A DNA stretch of 64,000 nt, taken from the sequence record AP019521.1. One strand, 5' to 3'. The stretch's first letter is position 1; each line of letters begins with the position of its first letter. The notes beneath the pieces were generated by a model. It ran no database searches. It was not told the DNA's origin and saw only the letters and a program-made list of their open reading frames with translations. The DNA is from Escherichia phage KIT01. The translations under genes and the position numbers were made by a program. Shown piece after piece: positions 27,992 to 36,756 of the stretch.

Positions 27992-28472
27992 ATGCTTTCC
28001 AAGTACCTGTTTTAAATGTAGAAATCACGCGCTTAGCACGATTAGGAGTTTGTTTATACCAACGGGATTGAGCCAGGTTAACTGCCGCATCGTTCCAACG
28101 TTTCTGTCGGAGCATACGTAAAGAGTTAGTGAACCCTGCTACACCTGCTTCACCCATTTGGAAGACCATGTTAATTAAAGCACAACGACGAACTTCGTCC
28201 AATACATCGTAAACAGGTTTCAATTTAGGATTACGCAGAATAGCTCTACGAGCATTTTCAACCGATCGGTTAAAGAGTTGTTCAGCTTCAGCCATAGTAA
28301 TACGTCCATTGCAAACTCGACCCATAAGCTTATCAAGTTCAGCCCGAGCAACATCTTTAGAAGGATTCTTAGTAATCAATTGGCCAATACCAATAGTCCA
28401 ATAACCTTCGGTGTCTTTATAAAGATTTAAATCAAGACCTTCGTCTTGACGTAACATATCAAAAATATCCAT
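27978..28472 (-). CDS. e: lysozyme (endolysin) gp e
   Basis: 164 aa; [35 protein letters not shown]... matches T4 lysozyme. Confidence 0.9.
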   Translation of the reverse strand: MDIFDMLRQDEGLDLNLYKDTEGYWTIGIGQLITKNPSKDVARAELDKLMGRVCNGRITMAEAEQLFNRSVENARRAILRNPKLKPVYDVLDEVRRCALINMVFQMGEAGVAGFTNSLRMLRQKRWNDAAVNLAQSRWYKQTPNRAKRVISTFKTGTWKAYENL

Positions 28473-28474
28473 AA

Positions 28475-28502
28475 TACCTCCTGAGTATAGGAGGTATTTA
28501 TA
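28475..28502 (-). promoter_or_regulatory. SD-sequestering hairpin plus late promoter TATAAATA for gene e
   Basis: palindrome TACCTCCT-GAGTAT-AGGAGGTA (28475-28496) contains the e RBS; minus-strand TATAAATA at 28495-28502. Confidence 0.55.
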
Positions 28503-28952
28503 TCAAAAGAGCGAATCTAAAACCTTAAACATCGACGGGCCCATGACATATTCCCATTGCGGACGTTTAATCAAAGCAAAAGCATCGAATTCAGGAATCG
28601 TGCGACCATCAGGGAACGTATGGTAAGCTGTACATTTGCAATCCTTGAACTGCTCGTGTTCCACAGGCACCGTATATAAGAACAGGTGTAGATTCTTATT
28701 GCTTGAATATTTGAACTCACCTAGGTCTTTCAGGAACGCAGGATCGTATGCTGTGAATCCAATCTCTTCTTCGGTTTCACGCATTGCCGCTTGAATAGGC
28801 TCTTCGCCTGGTTCGACATGACCTTTAGGAATGTCCCATTTATGACGCATATTCTCTGGATTACGAGAGCCTGTTACACGACCCATAACTAGTTCTTTAT
28901 CAACGGTCATGAACAAAATACCTGCCGATAATTCCTTAGCTTTCTTACTCAT
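28503..28952 (-). CDS. nudE: Nudix hydrolase NudE (e.1)
   Basis: 149 aa; Nudix box GHVEPGEEPIQAAMRETEEEIG. Confidence 0.75.
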   Translation of the reverse strand: MSKKAKELSAGILFMTVDKELVMGRVTGSRNPENMRHKWDIPKGHVEPGEEPIQAAMRETEEEIGFTAYDPAFLKDLGEFKYSSNKNLHLFLYTVPVEHEQFKDCKCTAYHTFPDGRTIPEFDAFALIKRPQWEYVMGPSMFKVLDSLF

Positions 28953-28972
28953 CGTCTCGTTCCCATGATTGT

Positions 28973-29182
28973 TTAAAAAATATCTCGTATAATAATTTCA
29001 ACACATGTTTCTGTTGACGGACTTTCACTATCAGATATTTGGACCATATAATCAGAAATAGGTCGGAACATATCCAAGTCGCTTTCTAAATCTTCTTTGA
29101 TTTTCTCTTCTGATGTTCCGGTATCATAGGAATACAGGTAAGAATCACATGACTCAGATTTAATATAAATTGCAATACTCAT
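28973..29182 (-). CDS. hypothetical acidic protein
   Basis: 69-aa ORF. Confidence 0.4.
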   Translation of the reverse strand: MSIAIYIKSESCDSYLYSYDTGTSEEKIKEDLESDLDMFRPISDYMVQISDSESPSTETCVEIIIRDIF

Positions 29183-29766
29183 TTACGGCATTCCTTAATA
29201 AAAGAGTTTAATGTATTTTTCTTGGTGATATCATCATATACCTTTTTAACTTTAGAAATACGAAAAGGTACTTCAATAACGGAGGTCCATAAAAATGATG
29301 CGATAAGACCTAAGATAGCAGCAGACATCGCTGAAGCGAATACACAAATAGGCAGGTCATTATCTGTTGTCAGGAAAAACCCTAGGAGTAGGAAAAATAA
29401 TATACCCATCCAAACATAGAATCTAGAACTCACCAATTTGTCGTATTCATCACTCCAGGCACGGAAGCCGTATTTTTTGCTATAACAAATCAATGGGTCT
29501 GGAGTCTGTTCTTTATGTGGTTCTGGTTGCCAGCCGTTTACGATATAGCCCATTTTATATTCCTCAATTAAAAGCCGTTTCATTTCGGCAGTACAACCTG
29601 ACCAATCTATTGTACTGGCTGAAATTCCTTCATCACCGTCATCGATATTTCGCCAGGACTTTTTAATAATCATAGTCTCACCACTTGGGATAATAATTCC
29701 GGCATTTTCCGACCGACGGATGAAGTTTGCATCAATACCCATACACCCAGGTTCATAAAGGGCCAT
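29179..29766 (-). CDS. membrane protein
   Basis: 195 aa; two C-terminal hydrophobic helices. Confidence 0.5.
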   Translation of the reverse strand: MALYEPGCMGIDANFIRRSENAGIIIPSGETMIIKKSWRNIDDGDEGISASTIDWSGCTAEMKRLLIEEYKMGYIVNGWQPEPHKEQTPDPLICYSKKYGFRAWSDEYDKLVSSRFYVWMGILFFLLLGFFLTTDNDLPICVFASAMSAAILGLIASFLWTSVIEVPFRISKVKKVYDDITKKNTLNSFIKECRK

Positions 29767-30455
29767 TACCAGCCCTCCATAGGGAATTCCAGATATACTT
29801 GAGCATTAACACGGATTTCATTAGTAATCTTTTTAACACGGTCTGTATTACGAGACACACGACCAAACCAGCGCCAACCGTTACTTACTGCACGAGAACC
29901 TGTATGCCATGTCTGCCAATCAAACTGGAGCAACGTGCGGTCAGGAGCATCCCACTTGGTTAATTCATTGGACTCAATTTTTTCCAGAACTTCTTTATGC
30001 CACTGGCGATAGATAAGTTCGCCTTCAGGAATCTGACTGAACTGTGCAGTTCCGGTTGCAAAATGAGTAGGACACACATCAGCGTTAACAAGACCAAGAA
30101 TATGTTCAGAATGGTATCGAGGATTATCATAATCAGGTTGCCCTGCGGTAATAAAGTGTTGACCAACCGGAATATCCGGACGTGGTACATCATCATGGTG
30201 GAAGCCTGGAATTGCAGGGTACCAGCCAGGCATTAACATGTGTACACGGGAATCAAATACAATATCAGGGCCACATTGCCAATCTTCAGGCAGGTTTTCA
30301 ATAAAGCTACGAGTAATAGGACCACCGTGTTTATGAGCAAAATAAGCATCGCAATTAAAGAACATAGGCTCATTTTTAATCATACCATTACTGATATCTT
30401 GAGCAAAATTACCTACTATAGAAGCTTTAGAATTAAAAGTTTTCGGACCGTTCAT
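29766..30455 (-). CDS. 2OG-Fe(II) oxygenase superfamily-like protein (PhyH-like)
   Basis: HxD-like FHHDD and distal WHTGSRAVSNGWRWFGRVS resembling the H-x-G-x-x-N-x-S...R 2-oxoglutarate-binding motif. Confidence 0.4.
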   Translation of the reverse strand: MNGPKTFNSKASIVGNFAQDISNGMIKNEPMFFNCDAYFAHKHGGPITRSFIENLPEDWQCGPDIVFDSRVHMLMPGWYPAIPGFHHDDVPRPDIPVGQHFITAGQPDYDNPRYHSEHILGLVNADVCPTHFATGTAQFSQIPEGELIYRQWHKEVLEKIESNELTKWDAPDRTLLQFDWQTWHTGSRAVSNGWRWFGRVSRNTDRVKKITNEIRVNAQVYLEFPMEGW

Positions 30456-30469
30456 AATATTTTCCTCAC

Positions 30470-30682
30470 TTACTTTTTGTTGAAAAAGTACATTTTACCT
30501 TTAGGAGATAAGGATACACGAAGTGCGTTACCAATACCAACTGAACATTTAACCAGGTCAGCAGATTTCAATTCACCAAATGCTTGACGAAGGTCACCAT
30601 CACGAGTGTTAACCATCAGGCATTTAGCACCAGCTGCACGAACTTCGTTTAACATGTTGATTGCTTGGTTAGAAAGTTTCAT
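30470..30682 (-). CDS. hypothetical protein
   Basis: ATG 30682 (MKLSNQ...) after GGAGAATAAA; the upstream in-frame ATG is part of the SD. Confidence 0.45.
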   Translation of the reverse strand: MKLSNQAINMLNEVRAAGAKCLMVNTRDGDLRQAFGELKSADLVKCSVGIGNALRVSLSPKGKMYFFNKK

Positions 30683-30713
30683 TTTATTCTCCATTTCACT
30701 CTGTTGTTTTGAT

Positions 30714-30748
30714 AGGTCTATAGTATCACACCTATAGACCTTGTACAC
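30714..30748 (-). promoter_or_regulatory. early promoter with 10-bp perfect inverted repeat (PeSL-like)
   Basis: GTGTAC(30743-30748)-17 nt-TACTAT(30720-30725); arms AGGTCTATAG(30714-30723)/CTATAGACCT(30732-30741). Confidence 0.5.
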
Positions 30749-30760
30749 TGTTTTGTGCAA

Positions 30761-31720
30761 TTATTTTTCGAAAGGACGAATTAAATGATGGTTATCTTGG
30801 AAACGCTTGATGTAGTCGTTTTCACCTAAAGTCTTGTACATATTAACCACAGCTTGGTAGTTTTCCCAGGCGTACTCACGGAACCAACCTGAAGTGATTG
30901 AGGTACACACTTTCTCAAGGGCCATATAGAAACTTAATGATGGTGAAATATTGAAGTCATTAGGAACCTGTGAACGTTCTAGGGCAAGGACACAAGTTTC
31001 TTCATACACGCCAGCCAATTTAATAGCTTCAGGCAAAGCCTCGAACTTCTCACGAGAGGTCATGACTTCAGAACCTTCCTTCATATAAAAGGTATATGCA
31101 GGGCGCCCTGCCAATGCTACTGCTTCATGAATAGAGTCATGGTCCAGCGTATAAATGGTATCATTAAAGAATGATGATTTGTTTACGTCCAATTTAGGGT
31201 GGGAATAGCTCAACGTTTCTTTTTGACGCTGCAGCATAATTTCCTGGAGTTCTTCGTTCAGGGTGATACCTTTATTACGAAGGTATTTGATGTGGGACAT
31301 AGTTTTCAGGAAGAACGGAGTATTCTTCAGGAAACGATGAGAGGTTTTGATAGCCAGACAGATATCAGGCGTAGCCCAATAGAAACCTGTAAGACGGTCC
31401 TTTTTAATATGATTTTCGGCATATTTCAAAAGACGATAACTTGAGGTGAAATCTTCGTCTTGAAGCTCACCGGTGATTTCGCGTACATTAGTCAGAGCAC
31501 GAACGATATAAGCTTCAAAATAGGTTTCTTTACCATTATGCATACATTTGAAAGCCTGGACATCAGGATTGTCAACGTGTACATGGGCACCGAACATCCG
31601 AGCTTTAAAGTGATTCCATGAGCCTTGGTCGGCAATGAAATCCCAATCAGAATTTTCGATTTGCTTACTTTCAATCAGGCCAGCGTGGTGCAGTGCACGA
31701 GAACCAATAACTAACATCAT
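30761..31720 (-). CDS. hypothetical protein (319 aa)
   Basis: ATG 31720 after GAGGAAAA; N-terminal VIGSRALHHAGL...NSDWDFIA could be a divergent nucleotidyltransferase-like motif (uncertain). Confidence 0.5.
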   Translation of the reverse strand: MMLVIGSRALHHAGLIESKQIENSDWDFIADQGSWNHFKARMFGAHVHVDNPDVQAFKCMHNGKETYFEAYIVRALTNVREITGELQDEDFTSSYRLLKYAENHIKKDRLTGFYWATPDICLAIKTSHRFLKNTPFFLKTMSHIKYLRNKGITLNEELQEIMLQRQKETLSYSHPKLDVNKSSFFNDTIYTLDHDSIHEAVALAGRPAYTFYMKEGSEVMTSREKFEALPEAIKLAGVYEETCVLALERSQVPNDFNISPSLSFYMALEKVCTSITSGWFREYAWENYQAVVNMYKTLGENDYIKRFQDNHHLIRPFEK

Positions 31721-31739
31721 AATATTTTCCTCATTAAAC

Positions 31740-31979
31740 TTAAATTTCAGCAACGTAATCGTTATGCAATTCCCACATATCATCAGAATTATTCTTAATG
31801 ATAGGAATTATCTCATTAGAGATTTCTTCTGCATAAGGGTCATTGATACAGTGAGCATCTTCAAAACGAACACCGTAATCAGACTTCTTATAGGCAAAGC
31901 CATAAATCTTTTTAAACTTGGCACGGGTAATGCGTACCGGTTCATTAGACTTATCAGACAACGGAGAGTAATACCACAT
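31740..31979 (-). CDS. hypothetical protein
   Basis: 79-aa ORF. Confidence 0.4.
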   Translation of the reverse strand: MWYYSPLSDKSNEPVRITRAKFKKIYGFAYKKSDYGVRFEDAHCINDPYAEEISNEIIPIIKNNSDDMWELHNDYVAEI

Positions 31980-32022
31980 ATGTTCTCCTCATGTTTGTGT
32001 ATGGTAATAGTAACACGATTTT

Positions 32023-32352
32023 CTAGAGTTGTACATCACTTCTGCAATATTCTAAAAATAATTTATCATTGTCTACAGTATCCCAACGACGCCAAGATGG
32101 ATTCCAGACCAGAGCGTTGTCACCACAATCATTGAGCTTAAAATGGTCGTAGTACATAGCTATATGTCTAGTTTCGTCACCAGAGAACCCTAGTATAGGC
32201 TCACCGTGGGTGTGATACATATGATGGTGCATTGAGAGGTCGCATTTGTAAAACATCTCACGTTTACCACGAACGAACAAGAAAGCTTGCCCATTCATAT
32301 AGAATTCTTTATCTGTTTTCAAAAGATATTTGAATACTGAATCTTTGTGCAT
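32023..32352 (-). CDS. His-rich hypothetical protein (possible metal-binding)
   Basis: ATG 32352 after AGGAGG; contains MHHHMYHTHGE cluster. Confidence 0.45.
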   Translation of the reverse strand: MHKDSVFKYLLKTDKEFYMNGQAFLFVRGKREMFYKCDLSMHHHMYHTHGEPILGFSGDETRHIAMYYDHFKLNDCGDNALVWNPSWRRWDTVDNDKLFLEYCRSDVQL

Positions 32353-32382
32353 AAGTCCTCCTACCACATCCGTGTGGTTAAA

Positions 32383-32610
32383 TTATTTTCCTAACGAAAC
32401 ACGAGTAGGTTTTTTACCAAAATAGTCTTCATAAGAACCATCTAAACGTCCCGCTTTAGACCGACAATATGAATCGTACTTTTTATAATAAGTCATCTCA
32501 GTATTATAACGTGGGTGTCTATCAGCCATAATAATACTTAGTGGCCAACCTTTGGCATAATCGCGAAGACCATTTATTTTACGAATGTATCGTTTTTTCA
32601 ATTTTAGCAT
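32383..32610 (-). CDS. hypothetical basic protein
   Basis: 75-aa ORF. Confidence 0.4.
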   Translation of the reverse strand: MLKLKKRYIRKINGLRDYAKGWPLSIIMADRHPRYNTEMTYYKKYDSYCRSKAGRLDGSYEDYFGKKPTRVSLGK

Positions 32611-32828
32611 GAGCTTGGGTACCAGATTTTACCATCGGCCTGAGCAACGAAGGTGCGACCAGCTTCTTCACCATAACAAGAGCTATTCAGCCAATCTTCG
32701 AGACGAACTTCACCGTCATAATCGTCTAGCTCAACACCAAAATCCTGAGCAGAAGCCATATCTTTTACTTTCTTATACAGTGCGGCCAGTTCAAGTGCCG
32801 CTTTTTCTAATTCATTAATATCAGACAT
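32604..32828 (-). CDS. W-x-SS-C-tail paralog family member D
   Basis: 74 aa; helical N-terminus, C-terminus KIWYPSSC. Confidence 0.5.
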   Translation of the reverse strand: MSDINELEKAALELAALYKKVKDMASAQDFGVELDDYDGEVRLEDWLNSSCYGEEAGRTFVAQADGKIWYPSSC

Positions 32829-32839
32829 TTTTTATCACC

Positions 32840-33049
32840 TTAGCAAGACATAGAGGAGCTAAACCAGAAACCTTCACCTTCAGGAATACCGTAGTCATCA
32901 CGGGCCCATTCATAATCATCATATTCCGGACTAGAAGCTGGAATATATTCTTCGCCACCAGCGTGGAAGTGCTGACCTGTTTCGTCAGCCACGGCCTGGC
33001 CTTTACGTACTAATTCGCGGATTTGTTTTTCAATTTCATCAATAGTCAT
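32840..33049 (-). CDS. W-x-SSS-x-x-C-tail paralog family member C
   Basis: 69 aa; C-terminus FWFSSSMSC. Confidence 0.5.
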   Translation of the reverse strand: MTIDEIEKQIRELVRKGQAVADETGQHFHAGGEEYIPASSPEYDDYEWARDDYGIPEGEGFWFSSSMSC

Positions 33050-33058
33050 TTTATTTCC

Positions 33059-33340
33059 TTAGCATTCAGAAGAAGAGGACACCCAACCACCATTTTCTAG
33101 GCTGGTAGTGTAATCATGCTGGTTTACAATAGCGTACTGAGCTTCACCGTATTCTTCCCAGTGGGCAAGGTCGGCTTTCAGGGCGCCAGGAGAATAATAG
33201 TCACCGCCCATACCGCGAGCAGGGTATATATTAAAATGAGTCTCATATTTGTTTGCAATTTCCTCGGCACGACGAATAGCTTTATGGATATCATTTACTG
33301 CATCAGCCAGTTCTTTATTTTTACGGTAATCATTCATCAT
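33059..33340 (-). CDS. W-x-SSS-x-x-C-tail paralog family member B
   Basis: 93 aa; C-terminus GWVSSSSEC. Confidence 0.5.
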   Translation of the reverse strand: MMNDYRKNKELADAVNDIHKAIRRAEEIANKYETHFNIYPARGMGGDYYSPGALKADLAHWEEYGEAQYAIVNQHDYTTSLENGGWVSSSSEC

Positions 33341-33349
33341 AGCGTTTCC

Positions 33350-33640
33350 TTAGCACAATGCCGAAGAGGAGACCCAAGCACCAACGGTAACGACACCGTT
33401 TTCAACTTCACCACCGTTGTTTTCAATTTCATCTTTAAACCACTGGGAGCATTCGTAACCGACAGGATAATATGTACGACCCGAACCATAATCACCAGTG
33501 CCGAATTCAATACCATACTTATCGGCAATAGCTTCACATTCATGTTCGATGGTATTCACTTTATTCAGAAGAGCATAGATAGCCTTTTCTGCAGATTTCT
33601 CGTCGTTGTGTTCCGGGATTTCGATTTCAATTTTATTCAT
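33350..33640 (-). CDS. W-x-SSS-x-x-C-tail paralog family member A
   Basis: 96 aa; C-terminus AWVSSSALC; ATG overlaps upstream stop. Confidence 0.5.
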   Translation of the reverse strand: MNKIEIEIPEHNDEKSAEKAIYALLNKVNTIEHECEAIADKYGIEFGTGDYGSGRTYYPVGYECSQWFKDEIENNGGEVENGVVTVGAWVSSSALC

Positions 33641-33987
33641 GATTTACATTCCTTAATAAAGGTTTCAAGGTCATTACGTTTAGTTTGTTTTACATACTCA
33701 TTATAATTAGCCATCTCTAAAGCATATCTCTTTTTGCTTGGCTTGTTTATCCTATTGGTGTTGATAATATCCAAGACAAGAGGGATAAAGTATCCTATTA
33801 AAGCTGGAACCCAAATCCAGGCAGGGTTCAATTCAAATAGATTTTGTGTCGTATCATTAACGACTCCGCCAGCAATTAGTCCAACAAGCCCGGCAATCAT
33901 ACCAGTGACAAGTCCAGCGAATAAAGAAATAGCGATATCATAATCTGCTAATGCGTAACCAGGGTCGGTTTTACTAGGCTTATACAT
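33637..33987 (-). CDS. membrane protein
   Basis: ATG 33987 after AAGAGG; hydrophobic GLVTGMIAGLVGLIAGG and a second helix. Confidence 0.45.
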   Translation of the reverse strand: MYKPSKTDPGYALADYDIAISLFAGLVTGMIAGLVGLIAGGVVNDTTQNLFELNPAWIWVPALIGYFIPLVLDIINTNRINKPSKKRYALEMANYNEYVKQTKRNDLETFIKECKS

Positions 33988-34516
33988 TACGAACCTCTTT
34001 AGCGTATTCGCGGCATTCAGCAATAAAACGATTAAGCTTCCGTTGCTGTTTTCGAATCTCTGATGTATACTCATTGGCCAAAATAATAAGCTCATCTTTA
34101 TCGTAATTTTTAATATCAGAGTAAGATGGGCGGCGGTCGACCATACCAAAATGGTCACCATTTTCTAACATCAAATAGCATACTAAATGGTAATCATCGT
34201 CGGCATTAGTAAGCTGTTTATAATCGCTTGGTTCATTTAAAGAGTATACTGAATAGCGTAGCCCAGCGAACTCCACTCGTTGAATATCCAGATTTACGTC
34301 AATAATTTCTAAAGCTTCTGCAAAAGAAAGGTCCTCAGCCAAAGCAAAGATAAAAGGTAATTTGGTAGTATGCCCACGGCTACTTGTTCGACTTAAGAAA
34401 TCATTGGAATAACCTAAGTCTTGGCGAATTCTATAAAGAACTGAATTAGTTTCATGTGAAAGACCACTATGTTTAAACCAATCAATATTTGATATCAGGT
34501 CGTCATATAAACTCAT
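33980..34516 (-). CDS. hypothetical protein
   Basis: 178-aa ORF. Confidence 0.5.
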   Translation of the reverse strand: MSLYDDLISNIDWFKHSGLSHETNSVLYRIRQDLGYSNDFLSRTSSRGHTTKLPFIFALAEDLSFAEALEIIDVNLDIQRVEFAGLRYSVYSLNEPSDYKQLTNADDDYHLVCYLMLENGDHFGMVDRRPSYSDIKNYDKDELIILANEYTSEIRKQQRKLNRFIAECREYAKEVRNV

Positions 34517-34564
34517 AATATTCTCCTCTCCTCCAAATAGGGAGACCGAAGTCTCCCAGTAACA

Positions 34565-35158
34565 TTACTTAAGTGAATTAATGTAGTCGTCGATATCGGC
34601 AGAAGTCGTATCCATTCCAACTTGCGGGCCTTTAAACGTTTCTACACGCAGTAGGGTGTCTTCAATATCAATCTTAGTCAGTGCAGCGATTTCAACAACA
34701 TCATCGGCAGTAGCAATACCAAGGGCAGCCATATTACGAGTTTCACGGATATACTCGAGCTTAACGGCCAGTTCCTGACGAGAGTCATCAAGTTCCTTAA
34801 CCTTCAGTTTAATTTCATTACGCATTTCGATATAATCATCAGCTTTCTTACGAAGCTGAGTAGCTGTACGACGATAAAGGAGGCCAAGTTTAGCATGTAC
34901 CTGGACATCAGCGCCTTCGGCAATCAGTTTACGAATTTCACGTTCTTTAGAAGCAGCGAGCTGGTCCTTTTCATTAGCCAATGCACGAATACGTTTTTCT
35001 TCATTCACGGACTTAACATGAGCAGTCTGGAGTTCAGTAATTTTATCAATCAGGGTAGAAGCAGCTTTGGTGTATTGGTCTTCGATTGACAGGTTCTGAG
35101 TCATCGCGGTGCCCAGTTTAGAACGAATGAATTCAACGATTTTCTTTAAAGTGTTCAT
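34565..35158 (-). CDS. coiled-coil protein (PspA/IM30-like architecture, tentative)
   Basis: 197 aa almost entirely heptad-like charged helix; GAAGGAAA RBS; first gene after a PeSL-like promoter. Confidence 0.45.
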   Translation of the reverse strand: MNTLKKIVEFIRSKLGTAMTQNLSIEDQYTKAASTLIDKITELQTAHVKSVNEEKRIRALANEKDQLAASKEREIRKLIAEGADVQVHAKLGLLYRRTATQLRKKADDYIEMRNEIKLKVKELDDSRQELAVKLEYIRETRNMAALGIATADDVVEIAALTKIDIEDTLLRVETFKGPQVGMDTTSADIDDYINSLK

Positions 35159-35195
35159 AGTATTTCCTTCAGTTGGTTAACGTTTTGTAATCCAT

Positions 35196-35231
35196 GAGGA
35201 CATTATACCCTGTCCTCTGAGGGTTGTAAAC
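35196..35231 (-). promoter_or_regulatory. early promoter (PeSL-like)
   Basis: GTTTAC(35226-35231)-17 nt-GTATAA(35203-35208); GAGGACA/TGTCCTC arms. Confidence 0.5.
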
Positions 35232-35234
35232 ATT

Positions 35235-35636
35235 TTATTTCATTTTTGCTAGGCAGATTTCATTGGCTTCCCATTGAGCTTGCTTAATAATAGCTTTGGA
35301 TACAGGAACCCTTTGGCCATAAATTTTTGACGTTGAGAGAACAATATATTTGTTTGCCTCATTATGCCATCCTACTGATTTTTCGCCATGAGTACCTTTA
35401 ACTACAGCAGACACCTCAACAGAGCAGCCATCAGAACTAATCTTGGTGTCTACAATCCATTCATTTCTCTCGGCAGCTTCAATTTCCGATCTCATTTTTT
35501 CTTCATACATGGCTGCCCAATCAGTTTTCGCCAAGTTGAAAGTAAGAGCTTTCTCTAATTCTTTGGCGGCTTTTTGTTGTTCAGGTGTTAATGAATTATA
35601 CAACTCTTGCATTTCTTTATCTTCGATATTCATCAT
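35235..35636 (-). CDS. hypothetical protein
   Basis: 133 aa; GAGGAGA RBS. Confidence 0.5.
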   Translation of the reverse strand: MMNIEDKEMQELYNSLTPEQQKAAKELEKALTFNLAKTDWAAMYEEKMRSEIEAAERNEWIVDTKISSDGCSVEVSAVVKGTHGEKSVGWHNEANKYIVLSTSKIYGQRVPVSKAIIKQAQWEANEICLAKMK

Positions 35637-35653
35637 GCTCTCCTCAAATTATA

Positions 35654-35689
35654 GGGCTCATAATATCTTAATCATGAGCCCATGTAAAC
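35654..35689 (-). promoter_or_regulatory. early promoter (PeSL-like)
   Basis: GTTTAC(35684-35689), -10 near 35660-35666; GGGCTCAT/ATGAGCCC arms. Confidence 0.45.
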
Positions 35690-35692
35690 ATT

Positions 35693-35956
35693 TTATTTCA
35701 TATTATTGAAATAATCTTCTGCATCAAAATCGTTATCATGATAAACTTTGGTAGACGATTTGGCGTAGCCTTCAGCTGAGAACATATTAATCACAACTTT
35801 AATTGTATACCACTGTCCATCTTCATTACCCATTACTGCATAGGTTTCATACACTGGGTGTTCAGGACCGATAACTTTAATATCGTTAACAGTAGCACCA
35901 AATTCTTCAGGAACGCATTTCATAAAGAAATTAAACAATTCACCATAATTATCCAT
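35693..35956 (-). CDS. hypothetical protein
   Basis: ATG 35956 (MDNYGELF...) after AAGGAGAG; track ORF begins at an upstream GTG. Confidence 0.5.
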   Translation of the reverse strand: MDNYGELFNFFMKCVPEEFGATVNDIKVIGPEHPVYETYAVMGNEDGQWYTIKVVINMFSAEGYAKSSTKVYHDNDFDAEDYFNNMK

Positions 35957-35962
35957 TTTACT

Positions 35963-36020
35963 CTCCTTCACACTGTTGTTTTGATAGGTCTATAGTATCA
36001 TGTTTAAAGGAGGTGTAAAC
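35963..36020 (-). promoter_or_regulatory. early promoter (PeSL-like)
   Basis: GTTTAC(36015-36020)-17 nt-TACTAT(35992-35997); CTCCTT/AAGGAG arms. Confidence 0.5.
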
Positions 36021-36079
36021 AACTTTGTGAAATTATTTTTAGTTTAAACCCCCAAAAAGGAGACCGAAGTCTCCTTTCA

Positions 36080-36688
36080 TTATTTACGAGTCTTTTCGAA
36101 CTGTGCTGCGTCACCTGCAAGGCGGCCCGCTTGGCGAAGTTTGTTATTGATTTCTTCGCGCATAGGCTGGGTATACTTAAGGCCTTCAACCGTCAGATAG
36201 AGACGATACAGGTCTGGGGTATCCAGGTTGTTAATGTGTTGACCATTACGAAGAGCGTTGAATTCACGAACAAGGTGTTTAGTTTCAGATTCGATTTCAG
36301 AAACTAAAGAAGCCAGTTGGTTATATTTTTTAACTATAGTGCTGGTGTCAAACTTGATTTTAGATTTAGGAGCTTCTTTTACAGGTTCTGGTTTAGGCGT
36401 CGGTTTCGGTGTTGCAACTTTGGGCTGAGCCGCAGGTTTAGCAACAGGAGCTTTAGCAGGTTTAGCAGCGCCACCAGCTACTATATCTTTAAAAGCTTTG
36501 GAAGCTTTGTAATATTCTTTCTGGCTGCTAGTATCAAAACCATACATATCATAGACGTTTTTAAAGAATTCGGTGGTGGTTTTAGTCCCAGAAATTTTAT
36601 CATAAGCTGCTTGCCACATATCTTTAGTCATGCGGATGCCGGCTTCACTCAGAACGCTTTCGTTCAAAAATTCATTGTAAGTTTTCAT
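36080..36688 (-). CDS. capsid-targeted internal protein with Ala/Pro-rich linker
   Basis: 202 aa; N-terminus MKTYNEFLNE; central AKPAKAPVAKPAAQPKVATPKPTPKPEP; late promoter upstream. Confidence 0.55.
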   Translation of the reverse strand: MKTYNEFLNESVLSEAGIRMTKDMWQAAYDKISGTKTTTEFFKNVYDMYGFDTSSQKEYYKASKAFKDIVAGGAAKPAKAPVAKPAAQPKVATPKPTPKPEPVKEAPKSKIKFDTSTIVKKYNQLASLVSEIESETKHLVREFNALRNGQHINNLDTPDLYRLYLTVEGLKYTQPMREEINNKLRQAGRLAGDAAQFEKTRK

Positions 36689-36716
36689 TGGTATTTCCTA
36701 AGTTAATTAACTTATC

Positions 36717-36752
36717 TATTTATACAAAAAGCCCAACCTTTCGGAAGGGCCG
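36717..36752 (-). promoter_or_regulatory. terminator hairpin fused to late promoter TATAAATA (module copy 1)
   Basis: minus strand: hairpin (36726-36752) then T-run overlapping TATAAATA (36717-36724), 29 nt upstream of ATG 36688. Confidence 0.55.
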
Positions 36753-36756
36753 TGAA

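Noticed and set aside
29179-34516. Shared C-terminal FIKEC / FIAEC tails on 29179..29766, 33637..33987 and 33980..34516
   Set aside because: The similarity comes from an embedded Shine-Dalgarno (TTTATTAAGGAATG) for the translationally coupled downstream gene, not from a conserved protein motif.
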